34,386 nt of DNA from Alphaproteobacteria bacterium MarineAlpha5_Bin3 (GCA_002938255.1 PTLB01000003.1:1-34386); one strand, 5' to 3'; positions 18,394 through 33,582 are shown, counted from the first letter of the stretch. The notes: generated by a model not told the origin, from the letters alone. A program made the numbers and translations.

Positions 18394-19788
18394 TTAATTC
18401 TCTCCTTTTTTTAATAAGATTTTGCTAATTTTATTTGTTAATGAAGAATTTGAACCTTTAATTAACAATATATCATTATTATTTAAAGTATTCTTGAGAT
18501 ATTTTATAATCAATTTTTCATTTAAAATTAATTCTATCTTTAAATCTTTTTTTGATAATTTATTTAAAGCTGATTTCATTAATTCGCCACATACAATAAC
18601 ATTATTGAGATCAAGAGTAATTATGTATTCAAGAATTTCAAGATGAAAGCCAAGTGCCCCTTCTCCTAATTCTTTCATGTCTCCTAAAATCAGTATCTTT
18701 TTTTGATTTTTCATAGTTTTGATATTGCTGAATTCATCAATACACATTCTCATTGTAGAAGGACTAGCGTTATATGTTTCATCAATAAAATTTATTATTT
18801 TATTATTAATAAATATTTTTCTTTCTAAACCTCTTCCCTCTACCAATTCGACATTTTTTGTTGAAGAGATGAAAGTTGTGATATCAAGTTTATTGTAAAC
18901 AAAAATTATTAAACTTATTAAAATATTATTTATTCTACTTAATTGGTTTTTATTTATCTCGAATTTATAGGTGGTAGTATTATTATAAATTAATACCTCG
19001 AAAGTTTTATCATCAATTTTTTTTATTTTTTCTATTCTATAATTTTGATTATTAATTTTGCCAAAAGTGATTATATTGGAAATATTTTCTTTTAATGCCA
19101 AATCCGAAATATATGTTTCGTCAGTATTATTTTGAGATAAAATAAGTAATTCTATATTAGGATTATATTCAGGGTTAAAAATATCTGATTTTTCAATAGC
19201 AATATTTCTAGTATTTTTAAAATTTTCTAAATGAGTAGGTAAAATATTTGTAATAATTGCCTGGGAAGGCATAATAATAGATGTTAAATTCTTAATTTCT
19301 TCAAAATTATTTGTCCCAATTTCAAATATAGCAAAACTAGAAGATAAATTAATGTTTATTAGCGAAATAAGTACTCCAAGATAATTATTATAACTTTTAA
19401 TAGAGACAGATACTGTTGATGTTTGTGAAATGAAATATTTTAAATTTTCCTTAAGTGTTGTTTTGCCAACACTGCCTGTTATTCCTATTACTTTTCCCTT
19501 AAATATATTTCTTTTTATTTTTGCAGTTGATAAAAGGAATGTCAAAATATCATCTACAACTAAAATTTTATTGAATATAAAATTGTCTTCTAATTTTCTA
19601 TCAGTAATAATGTATCTAGCACCCTTATTTATGGCGTCAGGAATATATTGATTACCATGTGTGTTGTTTCCCAATAGGGATATAAAAACATCATCTTTAA
19701 TAATTTCAAGACTACTGATCTTTGCCTTACCTTCATTATTCAATAAATACTCCGTAACTTTTTCAGATAAAGTATGTTTTATATTCAT
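18394..19788 (-). CDS. murF: UDP-MurNAc-tripeptide-D-Ala-D-Ala ligase
   Basis: ITGSVGKTT, SYNN, DETYNASP, LGDMKELG and LIKGS. Confidence 0.96.
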   Translation of the reverse strand: MNIKHTLSEKVTEYLLNNEGKAKISSLEIIKDDVFISLLGNNTHGNQYIPDAINKGARYIITDRKLEDNFIFNKILVVDDILTFLLSTAKIKRNIFKGKVIGITGSVGKTTLKENLKYFISQTSTVSVSIKSYNNYLGVLISLININLSSSFAIFEIGTNNFEEIKNLTSIIMPSQAIITNILPTHLENFKNTRNIAIEKSDIFNPEYNPNIELLILSQNNTDETYISDLALKENISNIITFGKINNQNYRIEKIKKIDDKTFEVLIYNNTTTYKFEINKNQLSRINNILISLIIFVYNKLDITTFISSTKNVELVEGRGLERKIFINNKIINFIDETYNASPSTMRMCIDEFSNIKTMKNQKKILILGDMKELGEGALGFHLEILEYIITLDLNNVIVCGELMKSALNKLSKKDLKIELILNEKLIIKYLKNTLNNNDILLIKGSNSSLTNKISKILLKKGEN

Positions 19789-21218
19789 ATTTTTTTCATT
19801 ATAAAATATTTAGCTACCTGAACATCATCAAAAAACCTTATTTGATTTTTTCGTACTTGGTTTTTTTCATGACCTTTGCCAGCAATTATAAGAATTTCAT
19901 TTTTTTGAAGATCATTTATTGATTCTTCAATAGCTTTTTTTCTATCTGGTATTTCAATTGCTCTTTTACATTTAGATAAAATAGCTTTACGTATTTTTTT
20001 TGGATCTTCATTTCGTGGATTGTCATCAGTTATATAAACTTTGCTTGCATATCTATTGGCAATAGATCCCATTAATAATCTTTTGCCTTCATCTCTCTCA
20101 CCTCCACAACCAAACACAACATTAGGCTTAGATTTCAAAAAAGTCTTGCTAATCAGAGCATTTTTTAAAGCATCAGGAGTATGAGCGTAGTCTACATAAA
20201 TTATCGAATTATTTTTTAGTTTTCCAACTTCCTCTAATCTTCCTTTGGGTTTAATAATTTTAGGTAAAACTTTTATAATATCCTTAATATATATGTTTAA
20301 ACTTAAGCAACAACAAATTGCACAAGCAATATTCTCTAGCTCTATTGGAGAGTAATTTAACAAACTAATTAAATATTTTTTAGAAAAAATTTTTATTTCA
20401 ATTTTATTTTTTATATAAATGATGTTTACATCACTGTTTTTTTTTCCGTAACTAATAACTTGATTTTTTTTGATTAATTTGTTTTTTAAAGTTTGGGCGC
20501 CTTTAATATTGTCATTAATAATTGCAATTCCATTTTTTTTGAGTTCGTGCGTAAACAATCTTAATTTTGACTTTTTATAATTTTCAAACGTTTTATGATA
20601 ATCTAAATGGTCATGACTAATATTAGTAATTGCTGCTATATCAATTGGAAAATTTTTTATACGATTTTGTGCTAAAGAATGACTAGATACTTCAAAAGCA
20701 AAATTATACAAATTTTTTTTTTTTTTTAAAAAGGCACTTTGGTATAATATTTCTAATTCAGGTGTAGTAAGACTAGAATTTAAAATTTTTTTTCCATTTT
20801 TGTAATATCCAAGAGTACCATATGTTTTTATGAATTCATTATTAAGCTCACATATTTGTGAAATGAACCACACAACAGAAGTTTTTCCATTAGTACCAGT
20901 TACAGCAACAGAATTTAAAGGATGTTTGGGAAACAATTTACAAAGTAAATGTTTTTTATTTTTATTGATATTCTTAACAATATACTGAGGAATTAAAAAA
21001 TTTTTATAGTATTTAGTAGTAATAAGTGCAACTGCACCTTTTGTTATAGATTCTCTAATATATTCTTGCTTAATTTTTTTTTTTGCATCAATAATATATA
21101 TTGATTGATTTTTAACCGCTTTTGAATTTGAATAAATACTCTGAAAGAGAATATTTGTTTTCTTAATATTGTATTTTTTTTTGCATTCTATGTACTTTGG
21201 TAAATCATTAAGTAACAT
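19785..21218 (-). CDS. murE: UDP-MurNAc-dipeptide-meso-diaminopimelate ligase
   Basis: TGTNGKTS, EVSSH, DHLDYH, DYAHTPDAL, DAP-type DDNPR and AGKGHE. Confidence 0.97.
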   Translation of the reverse strand: MLLNDLPKYIECKKKYNIKKTNILFQSIYSNSKAVKNQSIYIIDAKKKIKQEYIRESITKGAVALITTKYYKNFLIPQYIVKNINKNKKHLLCKLFPKHPLNSVAVTGTNGKTSVVWFISQICELNNEFIKTYGTLGYYKNGKKILNSSLTTPELEILYQSAFLKKKKNLYNFAFEVSSHSLAQNRIKNFPIDIAAITNISHDHLDYHKTFENYKKSKLRLFTHELKKNGIAIINDNIKGAQTLKNKLIKKNQVISYGKKNSDVNIIYIKNKIEIKIFSKKYLISLLNYSPIELENIACAICCCLSLNIYIKDIIKVLPKIIKPKGRLEEVGKLKNNSIIYVDYAHTPDALKNALISKTFLKSKPNVVFGCGGERDEGKRLLMGSIANRYASKVYITDDNPRNEDPKKIRKAILSKCKRAIEIPDRKKAIEESINDLQKNEILIIAGKGHEKNQVRKNQIRFFDDVQVAKYFIMKKI

Positions 21219-22848
21219 AATATCTATGATAATTTATTCTTATGGCAGCATTAAGAATTTCTAAAGCAGGAAGCCTAGGTATTTTAAGTATTTCTATCAT
21301 TCTTAATATAATATTTTTTACAAGAGGAGCGTTTACAGCAGCTCCGGTAATATTATAATTTTCCTCTTTGATTTTTTTAGGATTTTCAACAATTGTCAAA
21401 ACTAAATATTGAGGTTTTGATATAGGAAATATACCTATAAATGATGTCAGGTTTGCATCTTTTTGATATTGTCCAAGATTGTTAATTAATTCAGCAGTAC
21501 CGGTTTTGCCACCTATTTCATAACCTTCAATTCTCACTCTAGGCCCAGTGTATTTTGTCTCTGTTACAACTGCCCTTAATAATTCTAATATATATTCTGA
21601 TGTTTCTTTTTTAACTAACGCTTCTGAACTAATATTGTTAGCCCCTAATAATATTGTTGGTATAACTCTCCTTCCTTCATTCAAAATTGATGCATAAGCA
21701 GTTGCAATATGAAGAGGAGTAACAGCAAAACCATGACCAAAACCTATTGTCATAGTCTCTAATTCACCCCAATTATTTTTATTTCCAAGAGGCTGCGCTG
21801 CTTCTTTTATCTGAATGTTTATTTTTTCAAAAAAACCCATTTTTCTAAAAAATTCTATTTGTTTTTTTTTACCAATTTTATGAGCAATTTTAGCAGCTCC
21901 AATATTTGATGATTGTACAACAATATCTTTTACACTTAATGATCCAACAAATGGGTGATAATCACGTATTGAATTGATAGGTTTAGAAACATCAAACATC
22001 ATTTCTTTGTTAATTATATTTTCATCAATTCCCAATGCAACAATAATTGGCTTAAAAGTTGATCCCATTTCATAATTAGCTTGCAAGGCTCTATTAAATC
22101 GACCTTCCATACTTGATAAATTAATTCTATTAGGATTAAAATCAGGAAAGTTATTTAAAGAAATTATTTCTCCATTTTTTATATCAATTAATAAGGATAC
22201 CCCTGAATCTGCTGAAAATTTTTCAATAGTGCTTTCCAATTCTTCTTGAACTGCATTTTGTAAATTAATATCTATTGTCAAAAAAATATTTTCTCCTTTA
22301 TTTAATATGTCATCTAAACCTCTTTCAATTCCAGCCTGCCCTTTATTATCTATATCAACATAACCGAGAACATGTGCACCAATATTTTGAAAAGGGTATA
22401 TTCTTTTAGTCTCCAATAGAGTGCGTAAATGAATTTCACCAAGTTCAATAATTTTTTGATGCTCTTTTGGGGATATGTTTCTTTTTAACCAAACAAATTT
22501 TTTTTGTGATAACAATTTTTTTTCTATTACTTCTTTATCTAAAAAAAGAATTGCTGACAATTGATTAGATAAATCAGACTTATTATTTATTTTTAATGGA
22601 TTTGCTGCAAGTGAATAGTTATGTATATTTGTAGCTAATAACTGACCATTTCTATCGTAAATTTTTCCTCTTTCAATATTTGCTTTAATATTGGTAATCT
22701 CTTTTACATTATTTTCAAATACCATGACATCAGCTATTCGAAATATTGCTACAAAATAAAAACCAAGAAAAACAATAATAGAAAAAAAAACTCTTTTATG
22801 AAATTTTTTTAAATCATCACTATCAAATATAAGAAATTTTTTAGACAT
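21208..22848 (-). CDS. ftsI: Division-specific transpeptidase PBP3
   Basis: RGKIYDRNG with catalytic STFK, SSN and KTG motifs; dcw position. Confidence 0.96.
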   Translation of the reverse strand: MSKKFLIFDSDDLKKFHKRVFFSIIVFLGFYFVAIFRIADVMVFENNVKEITNIKANIERGKIYDRNGQLLATNIHNYSLAANPLKINNKSDLSNQLSAILFLDKEVIEKKLLSQKKFVWLKRNISPKEHQKIIELGEIHLRTLLETKRIYPFQNIGAHVLGYVDIDNKGQAGIERGLDDILNKGENIFLTIDINLQNAVQEELESTIEKFSADSGVSLLIDIKNGEIISLNNFPDFNPNRINLSSMEGRFNRALQANYEMGSTFKPIIVALGIDENIINKEMMFDVSKPINSIRDYHPFVGSLSVKDIVVQSSNIGAAKIAHKIGKKKQIEFFRKMGFFEKINIQIKEAAQPLGNKNNWGELETMTIGFGHGFAVTPLHIATAYASILNEGRRVIPTILLGANNISSEALVKKETSEYILELLRAVVTETKYTGPRVRIEGYEIGGKTGTAELINNLGQYQKDANLTSFIGIFPISKPQYLVLTIVENPKKIKEENYNITGAAVNAPLVKNIILRMIEILKIPRLPALEILNAAIRINYHRYYVT

Positions 22849-22862
22849 TAATTTCCTAAAAT

Positions 22863-23180
22863 TTATTGCGTACCCACAGTATAAATATTTTTAAAATTAT
22901 TTTTCTGAATATCAACAAAGCTTAATCTCTTATTGGAAAATGATTCAAATTGTTCACCATCAAAATATACTTTGTGTAGTTTTTTAAGATATCCATAATT
23001 ATGATATAAGCTAAACTCAATTTCATTAATTCTTATTTGTTCATTAATAAAATTGATTTTTTTTTCTAAAGTATAATTTTGTTTTTCAATTTCGCGAGAA
23101 ACATTTCCCAAATACAAAAGAAACAGAACTGATAGAATATTTAAAACTATCAGCGATGATATTGCACTAAAATATCGCAT
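22863..23180 (-). CDS. ftsL: Cell division protein FtsL (divergent)
   Basis: Small protein with one TM helix and a coiled-coil-like stretch, between rsmH and ftsI; assigned mainly by synteny. Confidence 0.75.
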   Translation of the reverse strand: MRYFSAISSLIVLNILSVLFLLYLGNVSREIEKQNYTLEKKINFINEQIRINEIEFSLYHNYGYLKKLHKVYFDGEQFESFSNKRLSFVDIQKNNFKNIYTVGTQ

Positions 23181-23181
23181 T

Positions 23182-24126
23182 TCAATGTATCTTTTCTCCT
23201 ACCCGAAGCTTAGCTGAACGTGAGCGAGGATTATTTAATATTTCTCGCTCTGATGGTCTAATTGGTTTTTTGGTGATTATATTAAAGGTTATTGGACCTT
23301 CATCAACTAGCTCCGGATAGTGGCGGGAGGAACGCCATCGCTTACCACTATTGTGGTTGAAAAAATCTTTCACAATTCTATCTTCTAGACTTTGGAAAGA
23401 AACTATTATCAATCTACCTTTTGCACTTAATAAATTTATAGATTTGTTTAAGGCCAAGGATAGCTCATTTAATTCATCATTAACGTAAATTCGAAGTGCT
23501 TGAAAAGTTTTAGTCGCAGGATGAATTTTTGATTTATGAATTTGTTGAGTTGTAAATGATTGTTTTATTAATTTTGCTAATTCTTTGGTAGTCATAATAA
23601 ATTTAATTTTTCTTGATTTAACAATATTTTTTGCAATTCTTCTTGATAATCGCTCATCACCAAACTTATAAATAATATTAGCCAACTGTTCTTCAGGATA
23701 ACTGTTTATTATATCTGAAGCCTTAGTTGAGGAACTGCCCATTACCATATCAAGAGGACCATCATACTTGAATGAAAATCCCCGATCTCTGTTATCCAAT
23801 TGATTGGAAGATAAACCTAAGTCAAATATTATTACATCAAATTTAATTTTTTTGATTTGAGAATTATTAACAATTAATTGATCAATATTACCAAAACATC
23901 CATTAACTAAAGAAAAATTATTATATTTTTCATTTAAATCTCTAGCAAATATCTTGCTTATAGGATCTCTGTCTATTGCAACCAATTGTTTAACATCGAA
24001 TTTCTTTAATATTGCTCGTGAGTATCCTCCTCCTCCAAAAGTTGCATCAATAACGTTGATTTTCTTGTCATGAGGGATGTAAGATTGGACTTCTTCTAAC
24101 ATTACAGGGATATGATTATTTTTCAT
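23182..24126 (-). CDS. rsmH: 16S rRNA m4C1402 methyltransferase
   Basis: HIPVML, DATFGGGG, DLGLSSNQ, RGFSF, FQALRIYVN and NPRSRSAKLR. Confidence 0.98.
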   Translation of the reverse strand: MKNNHIPVMLEEVQSYIPHDKKINVIDATFGGGGYSRAILKKFDVKQLVAIDRDPISKIFARDLNEKYNNFSLVNGCFGNIDQLIVNNSQIKKIKFDVIIFDLGLSSNQLDNRDRGFSFKYDGPLDMVMGSSSTKASDIINSYPEEQLANIIYKFGDERLSRRIAKNIVKSRKIKFIMTTKELAKLIKQSFTTQQIHKSKIHPATKTFQALRIYVNDELNELSLALNKSINLLSAKGRLIIVSFQSLEDRIVKDFFNHNSGKRWRSSRHYPELVDEGPITFNIITKKPIRPSEREILNNPRSRSAKLRVGEKIH

Positions 24127-24592
24127 ATGACCTTTGGATCGGAAAAATAATTGAACTTAAGGATTTCTTTTTCTTTATTAACCTAGCACGAGATTTTTTC
24201 TGTCTCTCAATTGCTGCTTTTGGTTCCCAAATTTGAAAATAATGACCTTGCCCAACGAATGTAACTTCTGAAGTTATATTGGAATGTTTTTTTAAATAAT
24301 CTGGAATTAAAAAACGTCCTTCCTTATCAATGTTGGTAGGTATAATTTCTGAAAGAATAGATCTTGCAAAATCATCTTGATCCTCAGAAAAAAAATCTAA
24401 TTTATTGATTCGATCTGCAATATCTTTAATTCTGTCACCACTGCAACCCTCAATAGAGTTGTGCTTTAATGACTTGTACAATATGATTTCATTTTTACTA
24501 TTTTGAGGTAATGCATTTCTAAAAATTGATGGCAGAGAAACTCTCCCTTTTTTGTCAATCTTGTTTACAAATTGTGATACAAATAACTCCAT
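24116..24592 (-). CDS. mraZ: Transcriptional regulator MraZ
   Basis: Two DxxGR repeats (DKKGRV, DKEGRF) and FQIW; first gene of the dcw cluster. Confidence 0.96.
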   Translation of the reverse strand: MELFVSQFVNKIDKKGRVSLPSIFRNALPQNSKNEIILYKSLKHNSIEGCSGDRIKDIADRINKLDFFSEDQDDFARSILSEIIPTNIDKEGRFLIPDYLKKHSNITSEVTFVGQGHYFQIWEPKAAIERQKKSRARLIKKKKSLSSIIFPIQRSYEK

Positions 24593-24622
24593 ATTTTTAA
24601 ACCATAGTGAAAAACAACTTTT

Positions 24623-24657
24623 TGGGTTAACATGGGATTATATGGGCGTCAATGGGT
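24623..24657. promoter_or_regulatory. Four MraZ boxes overlapping the dcw promoter
   Basis: TGGGN at 24623, 24633, 24643 and 24653 (10-bp period, 5-nt spacers), matching the known MraZ operator. They overlap minus-strand TTGACG(24652-24647)-17 bp-TAACCC. Confidence 0.85.
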
Positions 24658-24700
24658 ATACTAGGTTAATTACAGAGTGTTCTATAAATGTTCACGATAT

Positions 24701-25043
24701 AGATGGTGCATAAGCCGGGTTCTGTAAATTTATAAAAAAAATTTGATGATCATTAATCTAGAGCAAGTGTCACCACTTGCTTCAAGCAGCCTACCCGAGT
24801 AACTTAACTGGAAATTAATTGTTACTCCTATTTGGCCTTGCTCCTAAAAGGGTTTTCACTGCCATAATTGTTACCAATTATGCGGTGAGCTCTTACCTCA
24901 CCTTTTCACCCTTACCTTCAAAAAGGCGGTATGTTTTCTGTTGCACTTTCCCTAAGCTTGCACTTGCCAGGTATTACCTGGTTTTATTTTCCAGCGGAGC
25001 CCGGACTTTCCTCTTGATTGCTCAAGCGATCATCGCACCATCT
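24701..25043 (-). ncRNA. rnpB: RNase P RNA (type A)
   Basis: Minus strand has GAGGAAAGTCCGGGCTCC near the 5' end, GAAAGTGCAACAGAAA internally and ACAGAACCCGGCTTA near the 3' end; ends AGATGGTGC/GCACCATCT form P1. Confidence 0.97.
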
Positions 25044-25067
25044 TAATAAGAAAATAATGGAAAAAAA

Positions 25068-25817
25068 CTAAATGGTCAATGATTGATTAAAATGACCCTT
25101 AATTATTTCATAAGTATTATTATCCAAATAACCATTAACCATAGATTTTCTAAAATGCATTTGATAAGCCTTGATTAAAGTTTTAAATTTTTTTTTACCA
25201 ACTTTTGCTTGCTTAACATCATATCCAATAATTTCTAACATATATAAAGTTTTTTTTTCAATTGATCTGAATGACAAACTATTAAGATGATGTTCAATCT
25301 TTTCAGACAATTTTTTCCCAAGTAATTTAGGCATTGTAACAATTTTTTTTGAAGATAATTTGTTCCAAGGAAATTTCTCACCAGGATCAATTTTCCTATA
25401 TGGAGATATATCTGAATGTGCAAGAATATTGTGTGATTTGATTTTATATTTTTTTTTTAAAAATATTAATAATTTAACAAAAGCCTTAAATTGTAAAGAA
25501 TTATAATTTTCAAAATCCAAGTTATAACCTGAATTATCTATCTCAATACCAATTGAATTAGAATTTATATCTCTTTCCTTCTTCCAATAAGATTTGCCTG
25601 CATGCCATGCCCTATAATTAACATTCACAAGATTAAAAATTTTCCCAATTCTATTAATAAGAAAATGTGAACTAACCTGATTATTTTTATTACACAAATA
25701 ATTAATAGCTTCAACATCAGTTCGCATCGCGGTATAATGAATTATTATATACTTGATAGATAATCGCTTACATCGTTTATCATAGTTGAGTGATTTATGT
25801 TTATTTATAAATTTCAT
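25068..25817 (-). CDS. N-acetylmuramoyl-L-alanine amidase (Amidase_2, AmpD/AmiD-like) with C-terminal peptidoglycan-binding-like region
   Basis: IIHYT, VSSHFLI, AWHAG, SIGIEI and HSDISPYRKIDPG. Confidence 0.93.
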   Translation of the reverse strand: MKFINKHKSLNYDKRCKRLSIKYIIIHYTAMRTDVEAINYLCNKNNQVSSHFLINRIGKIFNLVNVNYRAWHAGKSYWKKERDINSNSIGIEIDNSGYNLDFENYNSLQFKAFVKLLIFLKKKYKIKSHNILAHSDISPYRKIDPGEKFPWNKLSSKKIVTMPKLLGKKLSEKIEHHLNSLSFRSIEKKTLYMLEIIGYDVKQAKVGKKKFKTLIKAYQMHFRKSMVNGYLDNNTYEIIKGHFNQSLTI

Positions 25818-25855
25818 TCAAATTTAATTCTTTTCAATATATAGAACTTATATTA

Positions 25856-30921
<5,066 letters not shown>

Positions 30922-30980
30922 TTTTATGTTATATTTAAATGTATATAGTATTATAAGATTACATCAAATCGGAAGTTAAT

Positions 30981-31766
30981 ATGGCAATTTTTAAAATCTT
31001 AATAGTTTTCGCTTCATTATTTTTCTATAATTTTTCATTATTGGCAGTCGAGTCAGACACTGTAAAAACTAGTTCATCAGATTTTGAAACAGGAAATTTT
31101 GAAGACGAGATATATGATCCATTAGAACCTATTAATAGGGCAATATTTGGTTTTAATAATGTGGCTGACAAAATCGTTTTAGAACCGATTGCTAAAGGTT
31201 ATAGAAAACTTCCATCCCCTATTCAAACAGGAATTGGAAATTTTTTAAGCAACTTAAAAATGCCCTTAGTTATTGTAAACCAGCTTCTTCAGGGACAGGG
31301 AAAAAATGCTGGAGAATCAACTGGTAGGTTTGTAGTTAACAGTACTGCAGGTTTATTCGGACTTTTTGATGTTGCAGATAAAATTGGCCTAGAACAAACG
31401 CAGGAGGACTTTGGCCAAACTCTTGCAACATGGGGCGTGGGAGATGGATTTTACTTAGTGTTACCAATTTTTGGCCCTTCGAATGTAAGGGATACTGCTG
31501 GAATGATCCTCGCATATACTACAGATCCAGTCAACGCCTATGCAGTACGTGAAGGCGAACCTTGGATTTTACCCGTTCGTACTGCCACAAATGCTGTTGA
31601 TCAACGTTCAAAGATTATTGATGAAGTCAACGCAATGCGTAACAATTCACTTGATTATTATGCAGCTGTTAGAAGTTCGTATTATCAATACAGAAAAGCT
31701 GCTATCTTAAACATTGATGATAATTCACAAACACCTCTTCCTTTAATAACTATTGAGTTTGAATAA
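30981..31766 (+). CDS. mlaA: MlaA/VacJ family outer-membrane lipid asymmetry protein
   Basis: DPLEPINR, RFVVNST, EDFGQTL, LPIFGPSNVRD and DYYAAVR..Y.Q.R. Confidence 0.93.
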   Translation: MAIFKILIVFASLFFYNFSLLAVESDTVKTSSSDFETGNFEDEIYDPLEPINRAIFGFNNVADKIVLEPIAKGYRKLPSPIQTGIGNFLSNLKMPLVIVNQLLQGQGKNAGESTGRFVVNSTAGLFGLFDVADKIGLEQTQEDFGQTLATWGVGDGFYLVLPIFGPSNVRDTAGMILAYTTDPVNAYAVREGEPWILPVRTATNAVDQRSKIIDEVNAMRNNSLDYYAAVRSSYYQYRKAAILNIDDNSQTPLPLITIEFE

Positions 31767-31772
31767 AACATA

Positions 31773-32381
31773 ATGCGCTTGTTTATTCAAACTTTCTCTT
31801 TGGTATTGTTAATTAACCAATCAGCTCTTGCTGATGAAGCATCAAGCTGGTTAAAAACAGAAATTGATTTTATTTTGAATGCATACAACAATTCAAGCAC
31901 TACTAATGAAACTCGTTTTCTTATTATAGAAAATACAATCAATTATAATTTTGCTGGAGCTGGTATAGCTAAATTTGTCGCTGGTAAAGCATGGGCTGGT
32001 GCGGAAAAAAATACAAAAAAAGATTACATAACATCTTTTAAAAGACATTTAGCTCTTAATGTTGCATCATTGATGAAGGGGTATTCTAATCAAGAATATA
32101 AACTGATAAATATTAAATACGATTCCAAAAATAAAGTCAGTCTAATAGACATGGAAATATATAACGAAACTGGTAGTTTGGTTGTTACTTGGAGAGTAAA
32201 AAAATCAAAAGAACGCTATTTTGTTATTGATTTATTGGTGGCAGATATTTCTCTTGTTGTTACAAAACGCTCCGAATTTAACTCAATGTTAAAAACAGTT
32301 GATTATGATCTGCATGAATTTAATAAACTGCTAAAAGATCAAAATGAAAGTAGTTACAATAAATTCATTAAATCAAATTAG
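31773..32381 (+). CDS. mlaC: MlaC/Ttg2D periplasmic phospholipid-binding protein
   Basis: Signal peptide (ALA), WRV, IDLLVADISLVVTKRSEF; directly follows mlaA. Confidence 0.85.
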   Translation: MRLFIQTFSLVLLINQSALADEASSWLKTEIDFILNAYNNSSTTNETRFLIIENTINYNFAGAGIAKFVAGKAWAGAEKNTKKDYITSFKRHLALNVASLMKGYSNQEYKLINIKYDSKNKVSLIDMEIYNETGSLVVTWRVKKSKERYFVIDLLVADISLVVTKRSEFNSMLKTVDYDLHEFNKLLKDQNESSYNKFIKSN

Positions 32382-32460
32382 TATTTTTATACGATACTTG
32401 AGTTAATAATTTCTGTAAATATTAAAAGAACTTTACGCAAATTTGAAAACTTAAGAAAAC

Positions 32461-33582
32461 TCAATGTTTTAAGTTTTTAATATCATCCTCAGTTAAAGGC
32501 GCTGGCTGATCACAAGAAGTTTCAGTTTTATAAATAGAGTTATTTTTAGATGATATAAGAATTCCATCCATAATCTCTAATACATGCAAAGCAAGATCTA
32601 TTGAGCAACGGGCATTTTTATTGTTAGAAATACAGTTAACCATATCCGCTAATCCAACACCTCTGTAATTGGCTACTATGTCATCACCATCTTTTTTATT
32701 AGGTATTCCCAATAACATTTTATCAGTTTTAACAATATCCCAATCAGAATCTTTATTAGAAACTAATAGTTCACCCCCGAAATGATTTGGATCAGGTAAG
32801 ACCAGTGAGCCGTTTGAGCCATATAATTCTATGGTATTGTGTTGATGTTTCCATACATCCCATGATGCAAATAATTGAATTTTAGTTTTATTAGCAAATT
32901 CTAATACAGCCATTAGAGTTGTAGGTGTTTCAACTTTTATTTTTTCACCATATCTGGGCTCACTTGTAATAGTACGCTCTTGTTCAATGGTTCCGCTTAC
33001 ACTAATAATATTCTCAACAGGTCCTAATAAATTAACTAATTGAGTTATGTAATATACGCCCACATCAAAAATAGGGCCTCCTCCAAGCTTAAAAAAGAAA
33101 TCAGGATTAGGATGCCAATGTTCCATACCGTGAGACATCATGTTAAAAGTTCCAAGTGAAACTTTTCCTATTTTATTTTCATCGATAAATTGCCTGGCTT
33201 TTTGTCCAGCCGCTCCTAAAAATGTATCCGGTGCACAACCAACTTGAAGGCCTTTTTCATCTGATAATTTTTTTAATTCCAAACCTTTTCGAAAACTCAT
33301 TGCAAGGGGCTTTTCAGAAAAACTGTGCTTGCCAGATTCAAGTGTTTTTTGAATTATTTCTTTATGAGATGAGGGGATGGTTAGGTTAAGTATGAGATCA
33401 ATATCTTTATTAGTTAATAAATCTTCAACACTTTGTACTTTAACGTCTTGTTCCTTTGCGCTTTTTTCAGCAGCCTCATTAATAATATCTGCACATGCAA
33501 TAATATTAATATTATTAAACAAGTTTTGACTTTGAAAATAGGTATCAGAAATATTTCCACACCCAATAATACCCACTTTCAT
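32461..33582 (-). CDS. Gfo/Idh/MocA family oxidoreductase
   Basis: GIIGCGNIS Rossmann motif, SEKP, APDTFLG, HWHPNPDFF and GGPIFDVGVYY. Confidence 0.93.
   Translation of the reverse strand: MKVGIIGCGNISDTYFQSQNLFNNINIIACADIINEAAEKSAKEQDVKVQSVEDLLTNKDIDLILNLTIPSSHKEIIQKTLESGKHSFSEKPLAMSFRKGLELKKLSDEKGLQVGCAPDTFLGAAGQKARQFIDENKIGKVSLGTFNMMSHGMEHWHPNPDFFFKLGGGPIFDVGVYYITQLVNLLGPVENIISVSGTIEQERTITSEPRYGEKIKVETPTTLMAVLEFANKTKIQLFASWDVWKHQHNTIELYGSNGSLVLPDPNHFGGELLVSNKDSDWDIVKTDKMLLGIPNKKDGDDIVANYRGVGLADMVNCISNNKNARCSIDLALHVLEIMDGILISSKNNSIYKTETSCDQPAPLTEDDIKNLKH

Noticed and set aside
24819-25046. 75-aa + strand ORF
   Set aside because: Antisense shadow of rnpB.
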